64,000 bases of DNA from Nannocystales bacterium. GTDB taxonomy: Bacteria > Myxococcota_A > Polyangia > Nannocystales > Nannocystaceae. The stretch is taken from the NCBI GenBank assembly GCA_050633305.1, contig JBOEGF010000005.1:256001-320000 (forward strand), in the 5' to 3' direction. Numbering within the stretch: the stretch's first letter is position 1; the number at the start of each line of letters is the position of its first letter. Below are positions 26,604 through 36,422 of this stretch, piece by piece. The position numbers were made by a program, and so were the translations under genes. The notes beneath the pieces were generated by a model. That model made no database searches. It saw only the letters and a list, made by a program, of their open reading frames with translations, and had not been told where the DNA came from.

Positions 26604-27716
26604 ATGCGCCGCACGCCGACGACCTATTGGGACTACGTCAAAGTCGAGGAGCTTCTCTCGCTGCAGTCCGGTCTGGGGCAGACCGACACCGAGTTGGAGA
26701 ACGACGAAGTCCTCTTCATCACCGTCCACCAGATCGACGAGCTGTGGTTCAAGCTCATCATCCGGGAGCTGGTTTCCATCCGCGACCTGTTCGCGGCCAA
26801 GCACGTACCTGAGCAGTCCCTGAGTGCTGCGGTGCGTGGCATTCGGCGGGTCGCGCTGCTCATGCACAACGTTGCGAACCACTTCGCGCTGATGGAGTCG
26901 ATGACAACACGCGACTACCTGGCGTTTCGCGACAAGCTGTCCCCTGCCAGCGGGTTCCAGAGCGCTCAACTGCGGGAGATTGAGATCCTCCTCGGACTCG
27001 GCGCCGACGACCGTATCGCGCTGGGTCATGAGAACAGCTACCTCGACGCGCTTCGCGATGCGGACGGAAACCCGACCGCCGCGTCGGAGCGGGTTCGGGT
27101 CCGACTCGAAGACACGCCCTCCATCAAGGACGCCATCGATGCGTGGTTGTTCCGTACGCCCATCCGAGGGTCCCGGCCCGAGGATGATGGTGATGAGGCC
27201 GCGGTCGATGCATTCATCGAGGACTACCTCGCCGCCCAGGCTCAGCAGAGCGAGTTCAATGAGCGCGATGCGGTCGAACTCGCCAAGAACGAGGCCGACG
27301 AAGAGCGGCTGCACACCCGCTACAGCAAGGAACGAGAGGGAGCGCGTGCGTTCCTCACCGCGGCGTCGGTCGGGGACGAACACCGTGCAAAGACTCGTCG
27401 GATTCGGGCTGCGCTTGTCTTCATCGAGAGCTACCGGGAGCTGCCTCTGCTGGCGTGGCCCCGAGAGATCGTCGACGGCATGGTCGCGCTCGAGCAGTCG
27501 ATGCTGATCTTCCGCCAACGCCACGCTCGAATGGTCGAACGCGTAATCGGACGTCGTACGGGGACGGGCGGCTCCGCGGGCGTCGACTACCTCGACCAGA
27601 CCGCGCTCAAGTACCGCGTGTTCTCCGACGTCTGGGCCGTTCGGACGCTGTTGATGCGGCGGGCCGTCTTGCCCGAGCTCCCCGACCCGGCCTTCTACGA
27701 CTTTGTTGGCCGGTAG
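26604..27716 (+). CDS. kynA: Tryptophan 2,3-dioxygenase
   Basis: YWDYVKVEELLSLQ, LFITVHQIDELWFK, ASGFQSAQLR, RVIGRRTGTGGSAGVDYL. Confidence 0.92.
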   Translation: MRRTPTTYWDYVKVEELLSLQSGLGQTDTELENDEVLFITVHQIDELWFKLIIRELVSIRDLFAAKHVPEQSLSAAVRGIRRVALLMHNVANHFALMESMTTRDYLAFRDKLSPASGFQSAQLREIEILLGLGADDRIALGHENSYLDALRDADGNPTAASERVRVRLEDTPSIKDAIDAWLFRTPIRGSRPEDDGDEAAVDAFIEDYLAAQAQQSEFNERDAVELAKNEADEERLHTRYSKEREGARAFLTAASVGDEHRAKTRRIRAALVFIESYRELPLLAWPREIVDGMVALEQSMLIFRQRHARMVERVIGRRTGTGGSAGVDYLDQTALKYRVFSDVWAVRTLLMRRAVLPELPDPAFYDFVGR

Positions 27717-27751
27717 AGCGGCCGGTCTGGAAGCCGTCGGACGTTGTTCTG

Positions 27752-28150
27752 CTAGGGGAGGGCCGGTCCGAACACGCTCTGCGACTCGAACTGGACGGTC
27801 GCGGGCTTGGCGGAAGACTCCGCGGTCCGAAGCAGTTCCTCGAAGAGCTTCGGGTCGGCGCCGGCCGGGATGTCGACAACGATGCTGCTGCGGTCCACGA
27901 GATACACCTGGGCCGAACTCGCCCCGTACTCCACCACGAGCTGGCGGAATGCTTCTGCAACGCGGTCGGGGGCACTCTCGTCAGTGTCCGCGCTGGTCAC
28001 GGAGTACGTGAGGCGCAAGCCACCAGACGCGCTGAGGTCGGTCGCTCGCGGGGTAGCTACGGGCGTGCCTGGGGGATCTGATGGCGGGCACACTGGGTCC
28101 GGGGCGTTGCATGCTGCGAGCAAAAGCAGGCCGAGAGGCGTCGTGCGCAT
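27752..28150 (-). CDS. Small lipoprotein resembling the first periplasmic (P1 base) segment of SecD
   Basis: Lipobox LAAC; DLSASGGLRLTYSV...YGASSAQV...SIVVDIPAGADP...ELL...ATVQF. Confidence 0.55.
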   Translation of the reverse strand: MRTTPLGLLLLAACNAPDPVCPPSDPPGTPVATPRATDLSASGGLRLTYSVTSADTDESAPDRVAEAFRQLVVEYGASSAQVYLVDRSSIVVDIPAGADPKLFEELLRTAESSAKPATVQFESQSVFGPALP

Positions 28151-28201
28151 CGCATGGAGCGTACACGAGCCCGCCTCGAGACTGGTCGGTTCGGTGCCCT
28201 G

Positions 28202-29647
28202 CTAGAACCGGTCGGACTCGACCAGGTCCATGAGTGCATCGACCGCGAGGTCTCCCGCAGTTTCGTGCAGGGATACGGTCTCCTCGTAGTCATCGTTGCG
28301 TCCGGTCATCCACTCGTCGCCTAGGATGAAGTAGCCGAACGCGGGCCCGGTGTTGCCGAGGATGGCCTGGTGGGGGGTGGTCATCATGCTCTTGACCTCG
28401 AGCCCCGTGCGCGTGAGTGGCTCGCCGGGGAAGGAGACGAACTGGAGCTCTTCGCCGAGCCGGACGTACGTCGAAGTGGCGTTCACGGACTGCCCATCAC
28501 CACTATCCGAGAACGAGTAGTCTAGCAGGTCGATCGCAGCTGCCAGCTGGAACAGCACGTTCTCGACCGGCATCGTCCACGTTGTGTGGTCGACCACGAT
28601 GCCGTCGGAGATGGCGTCAGCGGCCCCTGCGTTCTCATGGGCGATGTCCGCGATGATGGCTCCGTAGGCGAACGAACTCTCGAAGCCGTCCGCGAACTTC
28701 CCCGGCGGGCTGGCGACACTTGCGTCGCCGAGGATGCCGTTGAAGAGCACCGCGGGAGCTCCGGTGTTCTCCTCCATGGTGTCGATGTAGCCCGCGCACC
28801 AGTCCCGCGTGATCTGTCGGTTGCTCTGGCCGAGGACGGTGGGGTGGGCCGCGAACACGCCGACACTCCCGACCAACTCGCCGCTGTCATCGCGCGCCAT
28901 GAGCAGCGTGATCGAGTCGTCGGTGAACTCCCAATCTCGCCGGTTGTTGTTGGGCCCCGTGGCGCTTGCGACTTCCAGGGTTGCCGGCTCCCGAAGGATC
29001 CACGCGCGACTCATCGAGCCGACGACCTCGTCGATGGCGGGGTTGCGGTATTCCGACGGTCCGCCGCCCCACAGACCCATGAAGTCCGGGGCAGAGTGGG
29101 TGTGGGTGGCTCCGACCATGATGTGCTCAGGCGGCAGCCCTGTGTTCTCCGCGACGCGAGCAACGATGTCTGCGGTGAAGTTGTTGCCGAAGCCGGGCAG
29201 GTCGGCGACCGCGGCGACGAAGCCGACGTCGCCAAAGCTGATCGCGAAGCTCCGGATGTACACGTTGTCGTGGACCGACTCCGCCGGGCCTCGGACGAAG
29301 GGAGGTCCGTATGCCCCCATGTACACATTGAGCGCGAGGTGCCCCTCGTTTGGGGAGATGTCGGTGATGTCGAACCCGGCGTAGAACTCTTGAGGGTTTT
29401 CCCCCGTTGTCGTCGCTCCGCTGCTGGACGAACTTTCGGCTCCTGTGTCCTCGGATGACGCAGCGCTCGACGTGCTCGACGACGACTCGGTCGACGGCGC
29501 GGAGGTGGTGCTGCTCGAGCTGTCCAGCGCGCCACTGCTGCTGGGCTCAGCCGCGGACGAACTCCCGTCGAGTCCCCCGACCGCAGCGTCGTCCCCGCAG
29601 GCGACGAGACACAACGCGATACACCCAGTGCCAAAAAACAACCGCAT
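28202..29647 (-). CDS. Neutral/alkaline ceramidase-like lipoprotein
   Basis: LVACGDD lipobox, Ser-rich linker, ATHTHSAP, FAAHPT and FPGEP motifs. Confidence 0.8.
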   Translation of the reverse strand: MRLFFGTGCIALCLVACGDDAAVGGLDGSSSAAEPSSSGALDSSSSTTSAPSTESSSSTSSAASSEDTGAESSSSSGATTTGENPQEFYAGFDITDISPNEGHLALNVYMGAYGPPFVRGPAESVHDNVYIRSFAISFGDVGFVAAVADLPGFGNNFTADIVARVAENTGLPPEHIMVGATHTHSAPDFMGLWGGGPSEYRNPAIDEVVGSMSRAWILREPATLEVASATGPNNNRRDWEFTDDSITLLMARDDSGELVGSVGVFAAHPTVLGQSNRQITRDWCAGYIDTMEENTGAPAVLFNGILGDASVASPPGKFADGFESSFAYGAIIADIAHENAGAADAISDGIVVDHTTWTMPVENVLFQLAAAIDLLDYSFSDSGDGQSVNATSTYVRLGEELQFVSFPGEPLTRTGLEVKSMMTTPHQAILGNTGPAFGYFILGDEWMTGRNDDYEETVSLHETAGDLAVDALMDLVESDRF

Positions 29648-29865
29648 CAGCGGATCATGTCTTCTCGCGGAGAGGGGTTCAAGGTGGCGTGTTTGACGCG
29701 AAGGTCAGCCCGCGTACAAAAAAGCGCGCTGCCGCATCAGAAGGAGATGCGGGAGCGCGCGATCTGTCGAGCCCGACCCGACGGTGGCAGAGCTTCGCGA
29801 CGCCTAGCGTCCGAGCTCTCAAAGTCCACCGATGATGTCGATGATTTGGATGTGAGCGGGTGGGC

Positions 29866-30291
29866 TCAACCCCACGGGGATGTGGGCGACGCGTCCGGAG
29901 TGGACATTGGCGCGCCGGGCTGGCCGGGTTGAGATGGGGCCACCGACATGACGGTGGACTCCTGTCGAAGTGGTGGGCGGACCTTGCGCGACATTCGACG
30001 AATCATTCGCCGGAGCGATTTCGCGATGGCGTGCCCGGTGGGGAGAACAACTGCGACCGTTTCGTCGCGCTCGGTCTGCACAACAACCGTGTGCTTGCCG
30101 ATGACCATCCGGATCGTCGATTCGTTGGTCTTTGCCAACAGGCTCAGGGCGCCCTCAAGGACTGCGCTCCACGAATCATCGCCGCGAAACTCCTTGCCGG
30201 AGCTCGGGGATGCGTCGCCCGGTGTGATGACAGCCACAGCTTCAATGCCTTGGGCTGCGTTCAAGTGATCGATATTTGCTCGGAGACTCAT
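29866..30291 (-). CDS. Roadblock/LC7 (MglB-like) or related profilin-fold small protein
   Basis: Helix-strand pattern IDHLNAAQGIEAVAVITPG...TIRMVIGKHTVVVQ...VAVVL...SLRRMIRR; GAGGT RBS. Confidence 0.55.
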   Translation of the reverse strand: MSLRANIDHLNAAQGIEAVAVITPGDASPSSGKEFRGDDSWSAVLEGALSLLAKTNESTIRMVIGKHTVVVQTERDETVAVVLPTGHAIAKSLRRMIRRMSRKVRPPLRQESTVMSVAPSQPGQPGAPMSTPDASPTSPWG

Positions 30292-30624
30292 GCCTACCTC
30301 TTTCCGTTTTTCCTGGTCGGGCCAGGACCTCGTTTCTAAGTCTGGTCGATTCGGGGAACGGCGCCAGTGTTCGGGTGGTGGTTCGCTCGATACGGGGGTC
30401 CGGGGGGTGCCGATCGGTGCCGACGGGCGATTTTCTCGCCCCGCGTATTCCCGTCTCCCCGCAATACTCTGCAGCCAGCCCTAGGGTTACATCCAGAACG
30501 CTAGATCATCGGTTGGTGCGTGCGGCGGAGCACGCCGTCACGCATGGCGGAACACTGGTCCACGCCCCTGCGGGCATCCTGTCCCTTCGCGGCAGTGCGC
30601 CCTGGGCGTGGGGGCGACCGCGAC

Positions 30625-31467
30625 CTACAGATCGGTCTGCGTCAGAGCGACGCAGCGGGTCCACAGTGCGTCGATCGCTGCACGGTCTGTGAACTTACAT
30701 TTTACCGGGGCTTCATCGATCCAGAACTCGGCGCGCAGGTTGCCCAAGTCGGGATCTGCAGCCAACCGCGTAGGCGTTCGCGCACCTTCGGCCGGCGTCT
30801 TCATGAAGTGCCGGCCGACCTTCATCACCGCCGCGGCAAGCCCTGACAGATTGTCATAGATGCGGGTATTCACCCCACCCGGATGGCAGGCATTGACGCT
30901 GACGGCGTCCCCGATCCTCTGCTGACATCCCCATGTCAGCATCCGGTTGGCTTGTTTGCTCTGCTTGTAGGCCTTGGTGCCCGAGTACGACCGCATCTCG
31001 AAATCCAGGTCGTCGAGGTCGAGGCCCCCGGCGAGCTTCGAGGCGAGATTCACCACTCGGCTTGGTGCGGAGGCGATCAGCGTCGGCGCCAACAGATTGG
31101 TCAGCATGAACGGGCCCAGGACGTTCGTGGCCCAGGTCAGCTCCCGTCCGTCCGGCGTGGTCTCCCGCGTTTCGCGGTACGTTCCCGCGTTGTTCACCAG
31201 CACGTGGACGGGCGCGTCTCCGACCGTGACTTGGTGGGCAAACCCTCGGATGGACTCCGGGTCCGCCAAGTCCAGTGGCAGCAGCGAGAGCCGGTCGTTC
31301 CCACTGTCCTCCGCGAGCTCGCCGAGAGCGGCCGATCCCCGGTCGCGGTCGCGACAGGCCAGCACGACTGTCGCTCCGAAGTAGGCGAGATTGCGTGCGA
31401 TCTCTTTTCCGATGCCGGACGACGCACCGGTTACGATGCAACGTCGGCCTACGAGATCGAACTTCAC
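30625..31467 (-). CDS. SDR-family oxidoreductase (retinol dehydrogenase-like)
   Basis: TGASSGIG, NNAG, YKQSK, HPGGV; GAGG RBS before GTG 31467. Confidence 0.92.
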   Translation of the reverse strand: MKFDLVGRRCIVTGASSGIGKEIARNLAYFGATVVLACRDRDRGSAALGELAEDSGNDRLSLLPLDLADPESIRGFAHQVTVGDAPVHVLVNNAGTYRETRETTPDGRELTWATNVLGPFMLTNLLAPTLIASAPSRVVNLASKLAGGLDLDDLDFEMRSYSGTKAYKQSKQANRMLTWGCQQRIGDAVSVNACHPGGVNTRIYDNLSGLAAAVMKVGRHFMKTPAEGARTPTRLAADPDLGNLRAEFWIDEAPVKCKFTDRAAIDALWTRCVALTQTDL

Positions 31468-31522
31468 GTCCTCATGATACCGCCGTGGTCTGTTCTCCCA
31501 AGAAACCGGTAGGCTCCGGCCC

Positions 31523-32209
31523 ATGGCACGCAACGGAGAGATGATCGAGTTTGCCGCGGGGTCCGGATCCGCCCCAGGATATTTGGCCCGGCCTGCATCG
31601 GGGTCCGGTCCTGGATTGGTGGTCTTGCAGGAGTGGTGGGGCCTGGTCGACCACATCAAGGACGTCGCGGACCGGTTCGCCGCGCAGGGTTTTGTCACAC
31701 TCGCGCCAGACCTATACCGGGGCGACTCCACGACCGACCCCGATGATGCGGGGCGCAGGATGATGGCGCTCGACATCGGCCGGGCGGGTCAGGACGTTGC
31801 ATCCGCTGTCGGTCATCTGCGCGGCTTGGATGCCGTCACGCCGAAGAAGGTCGGTGTCATGGGCTTCTGCATGGGCGGGCAGCTGGCACTGCAAGCGGCG
31901 GTCGAGCATGGTGACACCGTCACGTGTGCCGTCGACTTCTACGGGATCCACCCCAGCGTGCAGTTGGACTTCGCAAAATTGAAAGTCCCCGTGCTCGCGC
32001 ACTTCGGCAAGACGGACGAGTTCGTCGATGAGCCCAGCGCCCGCGCGCTGGTTGCCTCCATTGCAAGCGCGGGCGGCAGCATCGACCCGCATTTCTACGA
32101 AGCTGGGCACGCATTCTTCAACGACGCGCGATCCGAGGCCTACGACGAGGCGTCGGCAAAGGCCGCGATGACCCGGACGCTCGACTTCCTTCGAGCGCAA
32201 CTGGGCTGA
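31523..32209 (+). CDS. Dienelactone hydrolase family protein
   Basis: QEWWGL, GFCMGG nucleophile motif, AGHAFFN. Confidence 0.93.
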   Translation: MARNGEMIEFAAGSGSAPGYLARPASGSGPGLVVLQEWWGLVDHIKDVADRFAAQGFVTLAPDLYRGDSTTDPDDAGRRMMALDIGRAGQDVASAVGHLRGLDAVTPKKVGVMGFCMGGQLALQAAVEHGDTVTCAVDFYGIHPSVQLDFAKLKVPVLAHFGKTDEFVDEPSARALVASIASAGGSIDPHFYEAGHAFFNDARSEAYDEASAKAAMTRTLDFLRAQLG

Positions 32210-32212
32210 CCC

Positions 32213-32407
32213 GTGCGCGAGCGACTGGCCATCGCCTACTTCATCGTTTCGACCGGGGTTCTCGTGGCGCCGGTCTACACGGCGCTGGGCAATCGAATCG
32301 AACCGCGCATGTTCGGCCTCCCGTGGTCGCTGGTCTACGTGCTTGGGGTCATCGCGGCCAACTTCGCCGTGCTGGTCTGGATGTATCGCAAGGGAGTCGG
32401 CCGGTGA
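32213..32407 (+). CDS. DUF3311-like small membrane subunit of a solute:sodium symporter
   Basis: NRIEPRMFGLP motif with two TM segments; overlaps the symporter start. Confidence 0.75.
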   Translation: MRERLAIAYFIVSTGVLVAPVYTALGNRIEPRMFGLPWSLVYVLGVIAANFAVLVWMYRKGVGR

Positions 32408-33873
32408 CCTTGGCGCACGGAGTTGTGTTCGGCTACTTGGCGTTGGTCCTGGTCGTGGGGATCGTGGCCGGTCGGCGCGGGGCAGGGGGGGTGGCCGACT
32501 TCGTCGCTGGCGATCGCGCGTTCGGCCCGGTACTCATGTATTTCGTCATGGGCGCGACGCTGTTTAGCGCCTACGCCCTGCTTGGCACGCCGCAGCGTGT
32601 CGTCGCCAAGGGCTCGGACGCGTTCTACATCCTCGCCTACGGGGCGGTCGGGTTCGTCCCGGTCTACTTCTTCGGGGCTCGTGTTCGAAAGCTGGGCGCG
32701 AAGCTGGGGAGCGTGACTCAGGCCGAACTCGTCGGAGGCCGGTTCGGGTCGCGCTACGTCTGCGGGTTGATGGGAGTCGCGACCGTGTTGGCGTTCGTCC
32801 CGTACCTGGTCATCCAGCTCAAGGGGGCGGGCATGGTCATGGCAGCGGTCACGGGGTGGGACCCCACGTTTGGTGCCGCGGTCGTGTACGCCGTCGTGAT
32901 GCTCTACGTCGTGCTCGGGGGCGTTCGTGGTGTGGGCTGGACGAACGTCGTGCAAGGCATCGCGATGCTGATTGTGGTCTGGGGGCTGGGCCTTTGGATC
33001 CCACACGTGTTGTACGGCGGTGTCCCCGAGATGTTCGACCGGGTGATCGCGCAGAGACCCGACACGCTCGTGCTCCCCGGTCCTGGTCCCACGAGTGACG
33101 GTCAGTACACCGCGGAAATCTTGGTCTCGCTCCTGGGGTTCTCGATGTGGCCCCAGGTGTTCATGAAGTGTTTTACCGCGAAGAGCCCCCGGCTCGTTCA
33201 GCTCTCCGCGGTGCTCTACCCCACATTCTTGTTCTTCCTTGTGCCGCTGCTGTTCATTGGCTACGCGGCGGTGCTCGAAGGCGGTCCCGCAGACGACACT
33301 GTGTTGCTGTGGATGCTGGACCGACCCGCGCTGGGAGGTATTGGCCCCGCCGCATTTGCCTTTGTCGCGTTTGCGATCCTTGCGGCATCGATGTCGACCG
33401 GCGACGCTCTCCTGCACGCGGGGGGGTCGATCCTCATCCGTGACGTCGTCGTCGGTGGGTTGGGCCGGAAGATGGACGATCGCTCGCAGACCGCCGCCAT
33501 GCGTGTCTCGATTGTGGTGCTGGGCGTCGTTGCACTGTTCGTCCTCAAACGATCTGCGGGCACGTCCGTGGTGGACCTGTTGTTGCTGGCTTACGCGATC
33601 CCGATCCAGTTCATGCCACTGGTCTTGGCTGGGTTGTACTGGCGCCGCGCGAACACGGTGTCTGGGGTGGCGGCGCTTTCGGTCGGCGTCGGATCGGCGG
33701 TCGGGTTGTTCGCGCTGCAACAGCTCGCCCCCGACACCTACGCCGTGCTCAATCCTTGGGGTCTCCAGATCGGCGCGATCGCTGGGCTACTCAACCTCAT
33801 CACCTTGATCGCCGTCGCGCTGAGCACCGCGCCCATGCCCGCGGCGCACTTGGAGACCTACGAGGTCGGCTAG
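32404..33873 (+). CDS. Sodium:solute symporter (SSS) family protein
   Basis: About 13 TM segments; FVAGDRAFG, GGVRGVGWTNVVQG, AASMSTGD. Confidence 0.92.
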   Translation: MTLAHGVVFGYLALVLVVGIVAGRRGAGGVADFVAGDRAFGPVLMYFVMGATLFSAYALLGTPQRVVAKGSDAFYILAYGAVGFVPVYFFGARVRKLGAKLGSVTQAELVGGRFGSRYVCGLMGVATVLAFVPYLVIQLKGAGMVMAAVTGWDPTFGAAVVYAVVMLYVVLGGVRGVGWTNVVQGIAMLIVVWGLGLWIPHVLYGGVPEMFDRVIAQRPDTLVLPGPGPTSDGQYTAEILVSLLGFSMWPQVFMKCFTAKSPRLVQLSAVLYPTFLFFLVPLLFIGYAAVLEGGPADDTVLLWMLDRPALGGIGPAAFAFVAFAILAASMSTGDALLHAGGSILIRDVVVGGLGRKMDDRSQTAAMRVSIVVLGVVALFVLKRSAGTSVVDLLLLAYAIPIQFMPLVLAGLYWRRANTVSGVAALSVGVGSAVGLFALQQLAPDTYAVLNPWGLQIGAIAGLLNLITLIAVALSTAPMPAAHLETYEVG

Positions 33874-34680
33874 ATGGGGGACGACGCCTCCTGGATGGGT
33901 GCGACCGCCCCTGTCGACGCTCGTCTGCGTAGCGTGATTCGCAAGCTCGTCGGGTATGAGGAGCACACGCCGGGGCCGAGTGAGCGAGCGGAGCTTCCGG
34001 GGTCGCGGGTCGTGGTGATCGTGCAGACCGCTTCCCCGATCGAGCTCGAGACTGCGGTCGGGCCGGCTGCACCACAAGCGTTTGTCGCAGGGCTTGGGCC
34101 AGGATCCATCCTCACCCGTCACCAGGGCTACCAAGCGGGCGTTCAATTGGACCTCCATCCCGGCCACGCCCGGCAGGTGCTGGGCGTTCCACTCTCCGAG
34201 CTCGCTGGGTCCATCGTGCCTCTCGACGACCTGTTGCGGCCGGACGAGTCCGGGTTTGTCGACCATATCGCCAATCTCACGAGCTGGCCGGAGCGCACGG
34301 CGGCGGTCGAGCGCTGGGTCGGGCTTCGCTGGGACCGCGGTCGTCGGGCCGACCCTCGGATCGCCGGAGCCCTGCGCACGGTGGAGCAGTGTCGTGGAGA
34401 TGTCGAGATCGGGGCACTTCAGGCTCGGGCCCACCTGTCTCGCCCGCACCTCGTCCGTCTGTTTCGCGAACATGTCGGCGTGGCCCCCAAGCTCTTCGCA
34501 CGCCTCCGACGCTTCGAAGAACTACAGACCCGCGTCCGCGAAGGCTCTCGCTCCTGGGCTCAGCTTGCCGTCGAACTCGGCTTCAGCGACCAGGCGCATC
34601 TCAGTCGCGAGGTGCGAGCGCTCAGCGGCCATACTCCGACCGAGTTGGCCGCGATTCTGGGTGCAACCGTCCCCGGGTAA
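33874..34680 (+). CDS. AraC-family regulator
   Basis: SRPHLVRLFREHVGVAPK...WAQLAVELGFSDQAHLSREVRALSGHTP. Confidence 0.88.
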   Translation: MGDDASWMGATAPVDARLRSVIRKLVGYEEHTPGPSERAELPGSRVVVIVQTASPIELETAVGPAAPQAFVAGLGPGSILTRHQGYQAGVQLDLHPGHARQVLGVPLSELAGSIVPLDDLLRPDESGFVDHIANLTSWPERTAAVERWVGLRWDRGRRADPRIAGALRTVEQCRGDVEIGALQARAHLSRPHLVRLFREHVGVAPKLFARLRRFEELQTRVREGSRSWAQLAVELGFSDQAHLSREVRALSGHTPTELAAILGATVPG

Positions 34681-34725
34681 CATTCCTTCAAGACGCGCAC
34701 GCAGAGGCGGCCTACCGTGTTGCCC

Positions 34726-35181
34726 ATGTCCGTCGCCCCGATTCCCGCAGGACCCCGGGTCCGGCCGTACCTCGCCTGCCACGACGCAGCGGCCGCGATC
34801 GAGTTTTACCGCGAAGTGTTCGGCATGGAGCTGCGCAGCTGCCTACGGATGGGCGAGAGCATCGCCCATGCTGAGCTGACCGGGATCGACATCATCCTGT
34901 ACGTCTCCGACGAGTTCCCACAGATGGGCGTCACCTCGCCCAAGTCCCTGGGGGGGCGGGCGGTGAGCCTGATGCTGTACGTCGAGGATGTCGACGCCGT
35001 CGTGGCCACGGCGTTGCAACTCGGGGCGACCCAGGAAGGGGAGACCAAGGATGAGTTCCACGGCGATCGCTCTGCGAAGATTGTCGACCCGTTCGGCCAC
35101 CGCTGGTTTGTCAGCACCCGGATCGAGGAGGTGAGCCAGGAGGAGGTGGAGCGCCGGTTTGCGAAGATGATGGGCGGGTAG
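34726..35181 (+). CDS. VOC/glyoxalase (PhnB-like) protein
   Basis: PYLACHDAAAAIEFYREVFG, HAEL, VDPFGHRW. Confidence 0.9.
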   Translation: MSVAPIPAGPRVRPYLACHDAAAAIEFYREVFGMELRSCLRMGESIAHAELTGIDIILYVSDEFPQMGVTSPKSLGGRAVSLMLYVEDVDAVVATALQLGATQEGETKDEFHGDRSAKIVDPFGHRWFVSTRIEEVSQEEVERRFAKMMGG

Positions 35182-35223
35182 GACTGGGTGGCGGCTCGAT
35201 CCAGATTCGGTTCGTGCCCGGAT

Positions 35224-36258
35224 TCAGAGGGAGGCAAGCTCCGCCACCTCGGCGTCCGTCAGCGCCCGAGAGTAGACTCGGAGCTCATCGATGAGGCCAG
35301 CGAACCCGTGAGCCGGGGCGTCGTTGTCGATGTCCATCCCGATGAGGAAGTCCTCCATCCCGTACTCGGGGGGGGTCGGAGGGCCTTCGAGAACGAGCGC
35401 GCCATCAAAGTAGAGCCGTGCTCCATCCTCGCTCCACGTCGTAGCCACGTGGATCCAGTCGCCGAGGACAACCGGTTGGTTGAGGCATTGCTGCGTGTCG
35501 GCCGATCCGTAGCAAAAGAAGACCCACTGGGATCCGCTGAGACCGTTGAACCCGAGCTGGTACGCATTTGCCTCCCCCGCGCCGATGGGGAGGCCCGCGG
35601 CTGAGAGCAATCGGTCGGTCGGAAGCTCGTCGGGAAGCAGCCATACGGCGAGGGTGAACTCTTCGACGGAGAAGGCTGCATCGAAGGGCACCGCGAGGAA
35701 GTCGCCTTCATCGAAGTCACACGCTTGTCCCACGATGCCCGGGGTCGAGGTGGGACAACTCGTGCAAAGACCATCGTGACCATTGCCCGACGCGTCGAGC
35801 CCTATCGACTCTCCCTCCTCTTCGCACGAGAACCACGCCACGAGGTCGGGATCGGGTGGGGGGCCCGTGGACGAACTAGCCTCTGTTCCGGACGTTGAGG
35901 ATGCCGCGGTGGCGGCTCCCGTGCTGCTCGACGACGCGGTGGACGTCGAAGTCGGGAAAGGGTCTGGCGATGAGGACGAGGAGGACTGCGGCATGCCCGA
36001 CGTCGAGTCGCTTGTCGAGCTCTCTTCTCGCACGGGGACGCATGCGCCCCCGAGGCCACCGACGGAGTGCGCTGCGAACCGCATCCCCGATGGGCAGTCG
36101 TCGTCGACAAAAGCACATGCATCGTTGACGCAGCTGCCGAGCGGGCACTGCTCATCGCTTCGGCATCGATAGGTCGCCGCCGGACACGCTGATGCCGTCA
36201 TCAGCATCAGTGCGGCCGCGGCGATGCGCCCGGCGTGCCCGCGTCCCACCAGCACCAT
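35224..36258 (-). CDS. LamG/concanavalin-like domain lipoprotein with N-terminal Cys-rich module
   Basis: DASGNGHDG, FTLAVW, WIHVATTW, LYFDG, GLIDELRVYSRAL. Confidence 0.85.
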   Translation of the reverse strand: MVLVGRGHAGRIAAAALMLMTASACPAATYRCRSDEQCPLGSCVNDACAFVDDDCPSGMRFAAHSVGGLGGACVPVREESSTSDSTSGMPQSSSSSSPDPFPTSTSTASSSSTGAATAASSTSGTEASSSTGPPPDPDLVAWFSCEEEGESIGLDASGNGHDGLCTSCPTSTPGIVGQACDFDEGDFLAVPFDAAFSVEEFTLAVWLLPDELPTDRLLSAAGLPIGAGEANAYQLGFNGLSGSQWVFFCYGSADTQQCLNQPVVLGDWIHVATTWSEDGARLYFDGALVLEGPPTPPEYGMEDFLIGMDIDNDAPAHGFAGLIDELRVYSRALTDAEVAELASL

Positions 36259-36422
36259 GCTACTCCGGTTCCCACTCGTTTAGGCTGCTCCGTCCGCACG
36301 GCCCTCGCCGAACGCCACAGACCCGCAACACCCCGCAGTTCGGGCGGTCTCAAAGCCACGGTCGTGAGCGTCTCGGGGATGGGTCGATCCCCGATAGGCG
36401 GTCGAGGCAGGCTTTCTGGGAA

